This document shows positions 25,600 to 39,435 of a stretch of DNA of 64,000 nucleotides, piece after piece. The position numbers and the translations under genes are program-made. Position 1 is the stretch's first letter, and the number at the start of each line of letters is the position of its first letter. The DNA is taken from assembly GCA_964016885.1 (NCBI GenBank), contig OZ024740.1, positions 381,672,001 through 381,736,000 of the forward strand, written 5' to 3'. The stretch is from Eledone cirrhosa. Lineage: Eukaryota. The notes under the pieces are model-generated. The model made no database searches. It was not told where the DNA came from and saw only the letters and a program-made list of their open reading frames with translations.

Positions 25600-26843
25600 G
25601 ATTTTAATCGCATACATTTAGGGGACAATACAACAGACAGAGACAGTCGGAGTGTATAATAAAATCGAGTAAAAATATATACATCAATAAGAATAAACAA
25701 TAAAACTATGATAATTCAAATTCTCCTATAGAGGGAAGAACCAGCCAGGGGCGACTCGGGAAACCCACTAATCCTGAAACCCTGATGTTCCGAGAGTACC
25801 CGGGGACAGCCTCACTCTCTTCAAATAAAACAGCCTACGGGTGCATATCCAGAGTAGGCCCATTCACATGGGCCATTCTCTCAACATTCACCCACCCTTC
25901 AGCAAATGTACTGGGAGGGGGGGGGGGGGGACTTCCCTCTCAACCCTCACCTTCCTTTACAAGAGAAACTTGAAAAACTTGGTGGGGGATTGGACTAAGA
26001 AAAGAGTGTCTATAATCAGCCCTTTAGCCTTGTCCACCACACAACCTCTTGCACTACCGCCAAAAGGCAGAGGAAAATTTCTTGCCCTTCCCAATAAAAA
26101 GAAGGCGTAGGGGTGATCTTCACGATGGGCTCCTCCGATAGCCGCATCCGTTCTACACACGGCAACAGCTGGTCTACATAACTTCACAATTCAGTAATGT
26201 TTGGACGCTGGAGCAGTTCGTGCTGAAAGGTTTCGACACTGCGCGAAGCTCGGACAGGTCCGCTTGACCGCACCTCCGTGCCTGTAGAATTTATCTCATA
26301 CAGGTAGACCAAACGAGGGATTTCAGGACGTTATCTATAGTCTCTGGCTCAAAGGTTCTCCGGAACAGACTGGTTGGTTCGATTTCATTGATACCCAAAA
26401 CCACCCTGAGAGTGTCGTCGTACATGCCCACCACTAATCCTCTATAGAACACTAGTGTGGAATTTCCACTGACCGCATTGACCGCCTGGTAAAAGGCAGT
26501 GAGTGCCTGGCAACATTTCAAATACCAGCCGCCCAGTCACGGTCTGTTCATTTCTCAGGACTGTAGTTCAGTCAAAGAGACAAGCTGCTCGTCTCACAAA
26601 CGGTGACCACACCTGTTCATCGTTTAAAAGTCTGATGATAGCGTAGCCTCAGCGCATGTTTGCGCATCATCAGCCATGGCCTAACCATCCTTCCGGGGGC
26701 TGGCAGCAGATGGACCAGTGGAAACTGTCCCTTCGACAAGAAGTTGAAAAGCAGGCGTTCCCATTTGGTGAGGTGCGAGCGGGTTCAACACACTGCGGTC
26801 AGGCGATGATAGATGACGGACGCGATGTACACGTTCGCCACCT
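25600..26843 (-). mobile_element. Tx1-clade LINE copy F, old 3' fragment
   Basis: CCQALTAFYQ..STLVFYRGLVVG..DN..KSL.W, homologous to copies B and I. Confidence 0.88.
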
Positions 26844-27289
26844 AGGTGAGAACTAAATTTACATATTGTTTAACGTTCGTAACTTTTTTGAAAGGTAATT
26901 TATATTCTAATAAATGTAAGAAATTTTTAGAACTGCGCCTGAAATACCATTACCATATTTGTAAATATATTTGAAGCAATTTTGGGTGATGGTGTGTTTA
27001 GTGGAAAGAGAGCACGTTCCGTTTCATATTTCCGGTGAAATGAGCTCCGCTTTCCGGTTAATACATTACATATAGCAATAGTGCTGATGAAAGAAAAAAA
27101 AATCAGAAAAGTAAACAGTTGTGAAGGTCATAACTCTCATTTCCTCTTTTTTAATGAAAAAAATAACAGTTTCAATGAAGCAATTCCAGAATATCAATTC
27201 GTTTGGAACTTGATATGCAACATGAAAGTAAAGATGACGAAAATTTGGATAATGCTACTGGGGAGTAGCAGTAGTAGTAGTGAAAATAA

Positions 27290-27910
27290 TGATAATTGTT
27301 TCTACTTTTTGGCACAAGGCCAGCAATCACCCAGTGCATTACTGGTACTTTATTTTATCGACCCCGTAAGGATGAAAGGCAACGTTAACCTCGGCGGGAT
27401 TCGAACTCAGAATGGCAAGGGCAGTAATTCTATGCGTCAAAGCATAGCGTCTAACCCTCTACCGATACTGCCAATCCACCGCCCTGCGTAGTAGTGATAA
27501 TAATTGTTTCTACTTTAGGCACAAGGCCAGCAATTACCCAGTACATTACTGGTACTTTATTTTATCGACCCCGTAAGGATGAAAGGAAAAGTTAACCTCG
27601 GTGGGATTTGAACTCAGACTGTAAAGGGACGTAACTATGCTAGAAAGCATGGCGTCCAACCCTCTACCGATACTGCCAATCCACCGAATAATGATAATTG
27701 TTTCTACTTGAAGCACAAGGCCCATAATTTGGCGGAGGGGAAAATTCGATTAAATCGATCCCAGTGCATTAATAGTACTTTATTTTATCGACCCATTAAG
27801 GATGAAAGGCAAAGTTAACCTTGGAAGCATTGGAAATGAGAACGTAAAGAACCGCAACTCTATGCTGCAAAGCATGGTGTCTGACGCTCTACCGATACTG
27901 CTAATCCGCC
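27290..27910 (-). mobile_element. Three tandem tRNA-derived Nin-type SINEs (~27290-27486, 27503-27686, 27695-27910)
   Basis: Minus-strand A-box-like TGGCAGTATCGGT, B box GAGTTCRAATCC and core GCCTTTCATCCTTACGGGGTCGATAAAATAAAGTAC. Confidence 0.88.
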
Positions 27911-29459
27911 AATAATCATAATAGTTTCATCATTAGCCATACATGGCTTACATTAAGAGGACAATAAGGACGGTGCCGGAATGTTGGTGTTGCTGACTTT
28001 GCTGACCTTGTGCCAAATGTAGAAGCAACTATATATATATATGTGTGTGTGTCTTTGTGTGTGTGTGGGGGGGGGGGGGGTGCGTGTGTGTGTGTGTGAG
28101 TATGTCTGTGTCTGTGTGTGAGAGTGTGCGTGTGTGTGTATAACAGGGGAAAAGCAACGTACAATTCCCGATCGCCAATTCTGATCTGGATGTCTTTTGG
28201 GATTCAGATATTAGAACCGTACCACTCTTACCAACGCGCCAATACCGCCTCAAGGAAGAGGATGATTTTGAGTAATAATGCAACAAATAAGATATAAGAC
28301 ACAAAAGGAAACAAGACGGGTTCTTTTGCTGCGGTTGTCAGAAAAATATTCATACCAATCTGAAACAGGAAAGCTCCAAACACGAAACACAAATCGAACA
28401 GGCCAAATATGTTGTGAGGTAAACATGGGGAAAGAGAACATGTGCGTACGTATATATATATATAAATACACACACACACACACACACGCACACGTACACG
28501 CACACGCACACACACACACATATATATATATATTTACCAATAAGAAACTAATATGTAATCGTACAGTATAGACTTGAAGAATTACTCTAGGTTTTACAAA
28601 AATGTGCAATTGCAACACAGTCACTAGAGACCATGAAATAATGCTGGACAGGATAATACTCACGGACAATACATCCATATTATCCAGATTTATTGAGGAA
28701 TGAGTATCTATACCACTATAATATATACACACAAATACCATACATGCATCATAAACTAAATGTGAAGTTGATCTGGTACGTATAAGACTACCGGTCAATC
28801 CTCAAATTTCAAATTCCTGTAAAAAAAGCCAACAAAAATTCTGCCGAGGAAAATTTCATAAAATATATTAGCTTACAATAAAAGAGGGAGAAAAAGCCAA
28901 CAACATCCTACATTCTGATGATGAGGCTATGAATATCTAGTACGTTGACTATAATTTTAGGAACTAGGTTCTTCCAAACAAACTGCAAAATTCCTAAGTA
29001 AATATGAAAAATAATTAAAAGTTTAAAAGTTAAACATAGTCATGTTTTTAATAACAAACACACTAAGTCATAAACATACAAAGGACCACACTCACACAGA
29101 AAGACAGAAACACATACACAAAACACGCACAAACCAATGATGAGCTTTATGTGCGAGACATGATCATGAATAAATTTGTAACAAAATTACTGAAAAATTT
29201 GTAAAATGTGATTTTATGATGAATGGATATTTATAGAGTCAATTTGAGTAGTTTTTAAAGAGAGTACAAAATTAAAATTACTATTATAATATGAAATCAC
29301 TAATTTTATTGGAAGCCATAAATATTATGTTAAGATTAAACATTCCAATAAATAGTTACAAAGTATCTCTCAACGAAAGAAGGTATGACTAAACACACAT
29401 GTACTTTCTTCATATAAATTCTCTTTCCGTTTCTTCTTTTTTTAAAATTCCGTCTATAC

Positions 29460-29640
29460 TTCTGTTTATCTTTTTATTATCTCTATATTTCCACGAAGGA
29501 CTAATGTCCGAAACGTTAATGCATTTTCCTTCTATATCAAAGGTTTTCCTTCTATATCAAGTTGTATATCAACTAATTTATATAATCCTTTAGCTGTATT
29601 GGTCTCCTTTATTGTTTTTTCCTTTCGCGTACATACTTAC
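29460..29640 (+). repeat. Third, more decayed copy of the pLTR-like hammerhead family
   Basis: ACGA-A-GGAC-TAAT-GTCC-GAAACGTT at ~29493-29517; the first core box is broken. Confidence 0.5.
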
Positions 29641-29701
29641 ACACACGCACACATACTCACACACACTCACATACACGCACACACACACACACACATATAT
29701 A

Positions 29702-30561
29702 TATATGTAAAAGAAATCAAAGAACGCCTGCATACTCATACAATTTTTATTTGCTGACAATGTTTCATCCATACCATGGGGCAGGAATCATCAGAGCTTT
29801 ATAAACAAAAATACAGTGCTGAGTATAAGCTCTACCAAGCTTAGTCACATGAACATTAGAAATACAATAGAGGGAGATGGGAAATGGGGAGTATGGAGAG
29901 AGTGCATAATGGGTTTGTTATTCAATAATACAGCTATATGTTAGGGTACAGCCAGACTTTTTCACAATAGGCGGAAGCACGTGAGGCCAAACATAAGCAA
30001 AAAGCATCTAACAATAGTTAAAACATATAATAATAAAATAAAAGGAAAATAATAATATAAAAAAGATAAATAAAAAATTTAAAAAAAAAGAAGAAATTTA
30101 AAGAACACAAAAGCCAGAAGAAGCTATACATTGGTCACTATATATAACAGGTGATTTAGTTCTCAATAACTTAGGGTTATAGAAATTCTAAGCGTCTCCT
30201 AAGGTACCTTCAGAAAGTCCAAAGGGGATTTTATTCCTCCCCATACTATACATAATCAGGGTATAGTAGTAGGTTACGGAATTATGTGGACCAGGGGTGC
30301 TATACCTGTACATAGACAGGCACCACATCAATACAAGCCAAGCACAAACAAAGCGGGGTTATTGCATAATCAAGCTGAAGCGATCTCCCTCTTGTTACCC
30401 TCTATTGTATTTCTAATGTTCATGCGACTAACTGCTTATACTCAGCACTGTATTTTGTTTATAAAGCTCTGATGATTCCTGCCCCATGCTATGGATGAAG
30501 CATTGTCAGCAAATAAAAATTGTATGAGTATGTAGGCGGTCTTTGATTTCTTTTACATATA
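29702..30561. mobile_element. Fold-back element with ~170-bp inverted arms, each carrying a hammerhead
   Basis: Arms 29702-29874 and 30398-30561 are reverse complements. Confidence 0.88.
29753..29797 (-). ncRNA. Type I hammerhead ribozyme, intact core
   Basis: GCT-CTGATGA-[TTCC..GGAT]-GAAAC-ATT-GTC-AGC, then AATAAA. The twin at 30466-30510 (+) has GAAG. Confidence 0.8.
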
Positions 30562-30659
30562 ATGGCTCTTTTCTCGTACATTGAGCTTATACAATAGTCA
30601 CAAATACGACACGATACAGGTGCGTTTATGCACATACGCTCTGTGGTCTACGTAAATAT

Positions 30660-30707
<48 letters not shown>

Positions 30708-31359
30708 TATATATATACGTGTATATGTATATGATATATATATATATATATAAATCCATATAGGGCAAGATTAAAAACCTCAATGAATAACAATGGAAAC
30801 ACACAAGGAATGCAATTATAGAACTTGTTATTTGATTTACACTTGTCTGAAATGGAACAAAATGGTTCCATCGGATTGGATCTTATCATTCATCAGGAAA
30901 TAACCGAAAATGAGAGAGAAGTTGAGAAACCCAGAGAGAGTTTATACCAACGAGATTACAAGAGTAGATGTTAAAAATGTCTGCCTACAAGAGGGTGTGT
31001 ATAGTGTACTGGTGGTAGAGTATCCTGGTCTATTATTGGTGTTTGTGTATACATATACATATAGGGTGTGTGTTTGTCTGAGGGGTATCGTGAGTTCAAT
31101 CCTCTTCTTATTGATATCCTCTTCTTATTGATATCTACGTTGATATCGATCTAACTGTGGGTGTATGTATATGTGTGTGCCTCTGTTTTTGTGCATGTTT
31201 CTGTGTGTAAATAGATTGATCCACAAGAGATAGTATATAGTGTTCTTACCCTCAAATAATAGTACACTTCACATATAGCATAACGCCACTTAACCTATTA
31301 ATACCACATCATCTGTGCTTTCTTATATATTTTTAGACATTATATCCGCTACTTCATCG

Positions 31360-31791
31360 AATTGAGAAATCACAGCTCCGATTCTATGGGCATGTTATTA
31401 GAATGTCCCAGGAAAAAATCGCTGGGCAATTGAGAGATCACAGCTTCGATTCTATGGGCCTGTTGGGCATGTTATTAGAATGTCGCAGGAAAGAACGCTG
31501 GACAATTGAGAGATCACAGTTCCGATACTATGAGCATGTTATTAGAATGTCCCAGGAAAGAATCGCTGCACAGATTTTAGGGGCAAAACCAACCGGCAAG
31601 ATACCCAGCGGTAGACTCCAAGCAAGATGGTTGGATAGTCACACTTGGAGATCCAGCCGGATAAATTGGAGACGGTTGCTTGTGACAGGATCCGCTGGAA
31701 GGAATGTTTGAGAACTCTGCCCTCACGACCCTCCCAAGAAGAAGAAGAAGAAGAAGAAGAAGAAGAAGAAGAAGAAGAAGAAGAAGAAGAA
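31360..31791 (+). mobile_element. RTE-clade LINE 3' end with (GAA)n tail and triplicated 5' segment
   Basis: IERSQFRYYEHVIRMSQER...GRLQARWLD; (GAA)n at 31738-31791. Confidence 0.8.
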
Positions 31792-32782
31792 GATATTTTC
31801 ACTACATTGTTGAATAAGTCCTTTATTTCTTTATGACAGCGAAGTGTGATTTCGGAAGAGATACTTGTTATTTCTTGCCAGTCGAGTAATGACACAGAGC
31901 ATCCTTTATTGGGCATTTCACAATTCTGAAACCACACTATCTATCAGATAAATCATTTATTTAATATAGCTAGAGACAATAGGCTTTTATTTTATAGAAG
32001 TTCTAATTAAAATGGTAAATAGAAGCGTTACTGACTTTCCGAGAGACGTTTGTAATGTACAGAGCTGGAATATATATCAAAGATACCAATACATCACCTG
32101 TGTGATAAAGACGAGTATGAAAAAGAAAATAATGAAGTAGCAATAATGCAGTATTAATAAAATCTACAATGCTAGCAGTAATTCCAGAAATCAGTAGAAC
32201 GTATTTCTCTCGATGTTGCTAATGTTTAAATTACACCATTTGTTCACTACAGTTATTTACATGTAGTTTAACGCCCTAATTCCTCTGTGTAATTCATTCT
32301 ATCCTTCAGAGTGGTGCAGTTTCTTATCCAATTTGCTGAGATCACACAAATAAAAATATCCTTGTTTTGAATCTTATTTTCTACTGATTTCAGCATCGTT
32401 TTCATTTAGCTTATTTTATTATTCTGTGAAAAAATATATAATTTCTACTTATGTTTTCTTTCTTAAATTCATATATAATTTTTTGTATATATTTTCTTTT
32501 TTTTTTTTAATTCATTTCATGTCCTTTCATTCTTTTTTCTCATTTATTCCTATCTATCTTTTTAACTGGTACAATTAAGATTACTCATTTATTTTTTATT
32601 TGATAATATTAACAAACGCATTATCTCTCCCTCCTATGAAACATATACGCGACAAAACAGCATGATACATTACAACAACAAAATTGCTAATAATATCGAT
32701 TGTTATTAGAATTATTAGTTGTCGTAATCGTCATAGTCTGCATAGTTGTCTACGTCATCATCATTGCCGCCCTAGCAGTAGG

Positions 32783-32960
32783 GTAGTAGTAGTAGTAGTA
32801 GTAGTAGTAGCAGCAGAAACAGTAATAGTATTTGTATTAGTAGTAGTAGTAGTTGTAGTAGTAGTAATAGTAGTAGTAGTAGTAATAGTAGTAGTAGTAG
32901 GCGGAGGAGGAGGAGGAGCAGCAGCAATGGACGTTGTAGTATTAGCAGCAGCAACAACAG
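32783..32960. repeat. Compound (GTA)n/(GGA)n/(GCA)n microsatellite
   Basis: Direct reading. Confidence 0.9.
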
Positions 32961-33849
32961 CAGCAACACGAGCACGCAAATGGTTATCACTTCACGTCAA
33001 GAAAGACCAGGAGATCAAACTCTGTTCCAGTAACGTCAATAGCGAAAAATCACATTCTGCCTTAAGTGATTTATGAAAAAAATCCATAGGAAATCAATAC
33101 AACATGTTTAGCTTTATATTTAATTGTTTGTTTGATTCTTTGTTTTGATGTTCTATAATGAGATTGTGGTATCATAATGGATTTTCAACAGTTGATCAAT
33201 GCTTGGTGTTGGATTCACATGAAAAGATTAAGCTAAGCCTTGTAGGAAAAAGATCTAAAATTTCTTATGAAGATAATCCAAGAGAACAAAGTATATGCTT
33301 GCAGACACATGTGCACGTACAATCACACACACACACACGCACACACATATTCAAATCATATTCTTGCACAGTCATCCGCCTACTCACACGTACGAACGCT
33401 CACGCATATATAAGCATACATATATGCACATATAACTTGGATATACAAATTCGCATACACACACCTATATACACGGTCACGCATATCATTACGTGCGTGC
33501 ACATACAAACGCAAACACACACAAATATATACACACACATGGCTGTTTGACAAGCCATTCTCTGCGAAGCATCATAGTCATACTCATGTATTATTTCTGT
33601 CTAACATACATTTAGAACTAATTTGGTTATTGAATATGTTTTTTTCTTTCAGTTAATGCTATATACTGCTTTTAATTTCCTTTAAAAATGCCAAGCACAA
33701 AAATATACATAAATAGCATTCATACTATTCTAGATACTTTGTTATTTATTTCGCAGACATATATATAGATGTGTACACATGTATGTATGTATGTCCTGCA
33801 CCCCCAGTGGTTTAACCGCGCGGTACATGTGTATATACATATTTACACA

Positions 33850-34289
33850 CGTTCTTCCGCCCTTTGTTAGGTTTTGTTTTTTGTACTGCAGGCTGTCCAA
33901 AATCACCCTCCTCACCAAATAAACTCGGTGGGGTTGCCGGTTTAGTAGCCGACGACCCGACCACGCGACAGGTTGTACTGGGTTACATGTTACCAGTAGC
34001 ACCCAAGAGTAACCTTTGTCAGGGCGTCCTTCTAGGAGAATGCAACTCAGGAATCTGGGATAACTCCGATATAAAACATGCGGCTCAGTAGTTACCGATG
34101 ATGTTGATCTTTTCTTCTTTTCGGGTTATAGCTACTGTCGCCCAGAGAGTGGGATTGGCTCAGTGCACAATCTTTCCTCACTTTAAAAAAAATATTCAAG
34201 CACAGGCATTGCACGATAGAATTAATTAATAATTATTAATAATGTCAAATCGTGCAATGGCCATACTTGATAACCAGGGGGCAGCCATC
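33850..34289 (+). mobile_element. RTE-derived non-autonomous element, copy 3, with inverted 5' part
   Basis: 33850-34017 is the reverse complement of the family 5' leader. 34014-34289 continues on + to GGCAGCCATC-(ATGT)n. Confidence 0.75.
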
Positions 34290-34324
34290 ATGTATGTATG
34301 TATGTATGTATGTATGTATGTATG

Positions 34325-34353
<29 letters not shown>

Positions 34354-34355
<2 letters not shown>

Positions 34356-34485
34356 GGTCGCTTTCGAGTGCTACTGGTAACATGAAACCCAGTACGTCGG
34401 CGACTAAACTGGCAACCCCACCAAGCTAGCTTGGTGAAGAGGGTGATATTTGGACACCCTGCAGGATGAAATACAAGACCCGGCA
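34354..34485 (+). mobile_element. RTE-derived element, copy 4, 5' leader only
   Basis: GTGCTACTGGTAACATG...CGACTAAACTGGCAACCCCACCAAG. It starts at the end of (ATGT)n 34290-34352. Confidence 0.75.
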
Positions 34486-34489
34486 AAAA

Positions 34490-35283
34490 CAGTGACTATA
34501 TTTCCATTATTTATTTTCAGAATAATTGATTATGAATAATTTTGAACCTCCAAATTTGTGGAAGAGACACGGAGTTCTTCTTGGAATCCGCGCCAGGAGG
34601 ACAAATAAGGACCAGAAGATCACCTCCCAGAACAACAGGTGGCTCGCTGTCTCACCCAAAGACGTGCCCAGAGTCATGCAGACAAAGTTTCCAGCGACAA
34701 CATTGGTCTTAGGTGTCGTCAGCAGTCAAGGTGACGTCATGCCACCTCACTTCTTCCCTGAAGGCCTCAAGCTGAACACCGATTGCTACATCCGCGTTCT
34801 GAGCGAGGTAGTAAAGTCCTGGATCGACCAGGCAGCTGCAGGTAGGCCGTACGTGTGGCATCAAAACTCAGCACCCTTCCATACCAGCCGAAAGACCCAA
34901 GCCTGGCTGTCAGAGAACTTCGTCGACCACACTTCACCTGACATCTGGCCTCCTAGCTCGCTTGACTGCAACCCCCTCGACTTCTTTGTGTGGGGCGCAG
35001 TGGAACGAGACACCAACAGATCTAACTGCAATACAAAAGACGATCTGAAGGTGCCTTTAGGGGCCTAAGTGCCTTTAGGGGCCTAAGTCAGGGGACAGTG
35101 ACGAACGCCTGTAGCCGGTTCCGAGGCCGTCATTAAAGCGAATCGCAGGTTTATCGAGTGAGATCGAAAGAACAAGTCATGCAGACAAACTGACCCAAGT
35201 TTGATAAATAAATCTTAAAAAATAAAACTAGTGTTACTTTTTCCTAGACAGTAATCTTGCTAACAAATATCGTCCGCACCCTG
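34490..35283 (+). mobile_element. Tc1/mariner maT (DD37D) transposon remnant
   Basis: ORF 34526-35068 has WHQNSAP and WPPSSLDCNPLDF with 37 residues between the second (D>N) and third catalytic positions. The N-terminal part is deleted. The right TIR-like end is CGTCCGCACCCTG. Confidence 0.88.
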
Positions 35284-35379
35284 CATTACAGATTCGTGTA
35301 GCTGGCCGTAACCTAAAAGTGCACCAAACTCTACAATCTGATAAGCGACTGCAATACTCTTAGCAGAGTTTGTAGCCAT

Positions 35380-35496
<117 letters not shown>

Positions 35497-36199
35497 AGCG
35501 AAATATGTCCACACCTTGACCCCTGGTAGACATTTAATGGTCATTTTCTGGGCTATCTCATCTGAGAGTTAACGACCTCTAGAAGTTAGCTCTATCTTCT
35601 CAAGGATTGGGGATAGAGCAAGTGACAGAGATAAATAGCTTGCCTTAGATCAAGCCGGCAGCAGTTCGAAGCGGATCTTGATAGAGTAAACATGTAAACT
35701 ATTGATTTCTACATACCACTTGGATTCTTACAGACTCTTACTTTCTATGGCTTTCTCTCTTTCACTCAACCTCTATCTTTTGGTCTCTCTCTCTTAAGCA
35801 AGCCATGAAGTTCATGAAGATTTCTTGGTAAATGAAATTTAATTCTTGCTTTTATAAACAAACAAAATACGTACATAATTCTTGTGTATTTTTCCTATAG
35901 CTTCGGTGTGAGCTATTTTCAATAAATTAATAATATAGCGGTTTGATGTCATCGTGGTTCATTTATATATATTCCTTTTCTGCGTGATCATGGAACTATG
36001 ATTCATTCTTATTGAACAATTACTCACCTGCCCACATGCAAACTGTATCACACAACAGTCATCACACAGCACAGCAAGCTACAAGTGAGCACGCAACAAA
36101 CGAATCAACACCACAAGTAAATCAACTCGACCATCAAAATAATCGCTATATATATATATATATATATATATATAGGAAAATCTGCTTCGTAGAATCAAG

Positions 36200-36293
36200 A
36201 CGTATCTGAGGACCTTGCGATTTTCCGAGTCAGGTTCGATCATCACATCGATTGTGCCTTGAGCTGGTCGCCAGAGAAACGATTGTAATATGT
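36200..36293 (+). ncRNA. Type I hammerhead with long stem II, intact core
   Basis: Stem I ACGTAT/ATATGT, CTGAGGA, stem II base CTTGCGA/TCGCCAG, GAAAC-GATT-GTA, then AATAAA. Confidence 0.75.
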
Positions 36294-36336
36294 CCAATAA
36301 ATTCCATTCGTCTCAACGATTATCTTTTTTTCTGTG

Positions 36337-36368
<32 letters not shown>

Positions 36369-36479
36369 ATGCTTGTGTGTTAGTATGTGTGAGTGTGTAA
36401 TATTTTTGAAGATGTAATAAACACTGTATATCAGTTGAATAAAAAAATATTATAATAAAACATTATTTATAATTTAAAT

Positions 36480-37430
36480 CTACCGCTTTTGTCCTTCACG
36501 GGTTTTCATAAATATTCTATTAACTATTATCAAATCAGTAGTTAAATCGGCAGTTCTTAGTATTTTTGCGTCTCTTTAAGTAAGTTTTTATGTTTTCAAT
36601 TCAGAGTGAATTTCTTCATAAAATCTTCTCTACTTAATGCCGGTACTTTGGATCATCACTTGAAAATGTATGAAAAGCAAATATTTTGAGCTATTTTTCC
36701 GTAGCTGTAGCGCCTATATAGAAATTAATTGAATTAGGCATGTATACATTACATTTATATATTATCTTTTCTTAAGGTAGTATCCATTTAAAAGACAGTT
36801 GCTAAACGCTCTACAATTAGATTCAGGGGTAAGGTTAGAATTCCTTATTCTTTGAGGAAGAACTAGGCCTATTATTAACAGTGTATGGTTATGATTTTGC
36901 AAATTGGGATCCAATTGATTGTGACCATTTAAGCTACTATTATTATGTTGATTTCCTAGACATTATTAACAGTGTTGCTTGAAGTATAAAGTTTACTAAG
37001 TTTACGGTGGTTGTTGAAAGCAATATTCTCAGCCAAGCAAGGTGATGTGGAGAAGGAGAAGTTTACAGTATTCTTGTTAATTGTCTTATGGTATCTATTT
37101 CCAGGAGGAATTTTTTTCCAAAATACTAAAGAAGATTTTAGGGATATTAGAAGCTACATTTAGTCCATGGGGCGGGTTAAACTACGAAAATCCTTGTCTT
37201 CGATATCTAGGGGAGTAAGATGATTTCTCTTTACATGTGCATTGAAAGCTATGAATAAAACCATTAGAGAATAAATGTTTTGAATTACCACATAAAAGGT
37301 TATGCTGGGTTTTATTTAGCCTTTGTGATTGTATATGAGGTTTAGGGCTAATACTGGAACTTGAAAGTAACAGTGAGTTAGGGAAAGGGAGTAAACCTGT
37401 GTGTTAGAAGAGCTTTAGTAGGTTAGTCAA
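36480..37430 (-). mobile_element. Old, heavily decayed Penelope-like element, C-terminal region
   Basis: Minus-strand translation near 37190-37000 (one frameshift) gives FNPPHGLNVASNIPKIFFSILEK..PPGNRYHKTINKNTVNFSFS. This resembles the PLE pattern WFNPP...NV.TNI...F...HKIFNRNTVKVSYS. Confidence 0.65.
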
Positions 37431-39435
37431 TTTACTACTATATCTATATATACGCCTCTTCCCGAAACATGTGCATCCCTGTCTATGTGCCAGAAACTAT
37501 AATGGTATAAACTTATTTTCTTTTGTTATATTTTATTTGGGGAACTTCCTCATTGTTAGGGAGTGATGAAGGCCAAAACAGCTGCGTAACGGACTGAATG
37601 CATTGGAGTATATATTTGACCATATGAGGATTGATTTTGTCATTAGCACCTCTGAATTTACTATACTATGTACCAGCATTATGCTCTAGTTCAACTATAC
37701 AGACACGTATAGATACGTAGACTTATATTTATTATACAATACGACAATGAGTGTGCAGAAGACTTAGTGCTCCGTACGAGTCAACGAAGGAACCTTTGTA
37801 TGAACGCTCAACCTGCTAGATATAGCAATCAGTTCCGAGTTTAATATCTGAAATAATAGAATAGAAAAAATGAATAGAGTAGATCTAAATACACTATATC
37901 TGATAAAAACAAAAGCAAAATGACTATGGCTGAAATGTATTTGATTCTAGGTCTACCTGATTACTGTAGAACTGAAACTGAACAGCAAAAAACGACAGAG
38001 GTTACTGATAGTATTCAACTTAATAGTGGTGTATGCATTCTGGGTTCAGATCCACCTGAGGTGGAATTTAGCTTTCATTCCTTCAGGTTCGATTGAATTA
38101 GTACAAGAAATATATAATGATCACTGCGAAACAATTAGATTTCTCACCAATTAATTTGTTCCCGACTTCATACAATAATGAAATATTATTTGGTGCTTAA
38201 ATATATAAAAAGAAATTCATATAAATTCTATTCGATTGATTTTCCTTAATTTTTCCCACCAGTAAGAAAACAGATAAGATTGCATCTTCTAGATTATCCG
38301 ATTTAATGCATATAAATAGTTTATAGTATGAAGAGCATACTACATCAACATTAGGGAAAATTATGTTAAAGGAAAACTTGCTTTCTATTCTAAGAAATAT
38401 TCGGATTAATATTCAAAGAGAGAAAAAGTTTATTAGTAAAAAAGGAAAGCAAATATGAAAATGAAAACAAAAATAGAAATCGTTACCAGACTGCAGATCA
38501 ATTTGTGTTCTAGCTTTAAGGAATAGTGAAGGAGTTTTTAATATATTTATGTTCAAAAGAATAATAGTATTTACAGATTAAGTTACTTGAGAGCGTGATA
38601 TCTCACCAAACAGTTTATGAAACTTTATCATTTCCCATCTATACTTATTTTATTCATATATCACGTTTTATGTGAAGATGTCATTGGTCGAGGTAATTGA
38701 TTTTATTTCTTCTATTTTTTTTTTCAAATTAATAAAGCCATGTTCTTGAGTTTGTTCGTGTATTAACAAGGAGTCATAATATATTACATTTTTCTTGTGT
38801 GCTTTTATATGAAAGTAGATATCATCTGGACTGTGTAAGTTAATAAATAATTAATAAACAACGTTACACACTAGAAGTACCAATTCTAGATAGAAAAAAA
38901 GCAATAGACTCACTAAGAAGACTAATCACAGACGCGCAGGGGCACCTATATATTTCATTTAACAAATTAATAATACTGACAACAATAGTTCTGATTCCGT
39001 TTCCTGACTCGCGGGGTAATATCGTCAATGCATGTATGGAGCTGTAAATTATGATGGTAGGGATGGTATACTGAATAACTACGATATTTGGACATTTAAA
39101 TCTAATGGAGTCAATCTCTTCTCCAAATCTGTACACAGAGGAGGATGTGAGTGATAGAGAGGAAGTGAGAGAGTGATATAGAAGAACTATCGATGACAGT
39201 AGTGGACTAAAACATTTTTAATCGATCTTCATAGGAGGAAATTCAAAGTTAACTTCGGCGGGAAATGAACTTAAATCGCTGAGAGCCTGGACCGATACCG
39301 TAAAACATTGTGTCAGCCATTCTAACGACTCTGTCAATTAGCCGTCAAATTCTGAATACGTTGGCTTAAATTGTGGTCCCTCCACTTTCAGCGGGAACAT
39401 TAACATGCGTGTATGTATGTATGTATGTTCATGTC

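Noticed and set aside
28147-28430. Possible exon or RLE-type LINE remnant (VFWDSDIRT)
   Set aside because: Only a weak motif resemblance, with no PD..D core and no supporting exons.
38864-39136. 90-aa unique-sequence ORF
   Set aside because: No recognisable motif; the length is compatible with chance.
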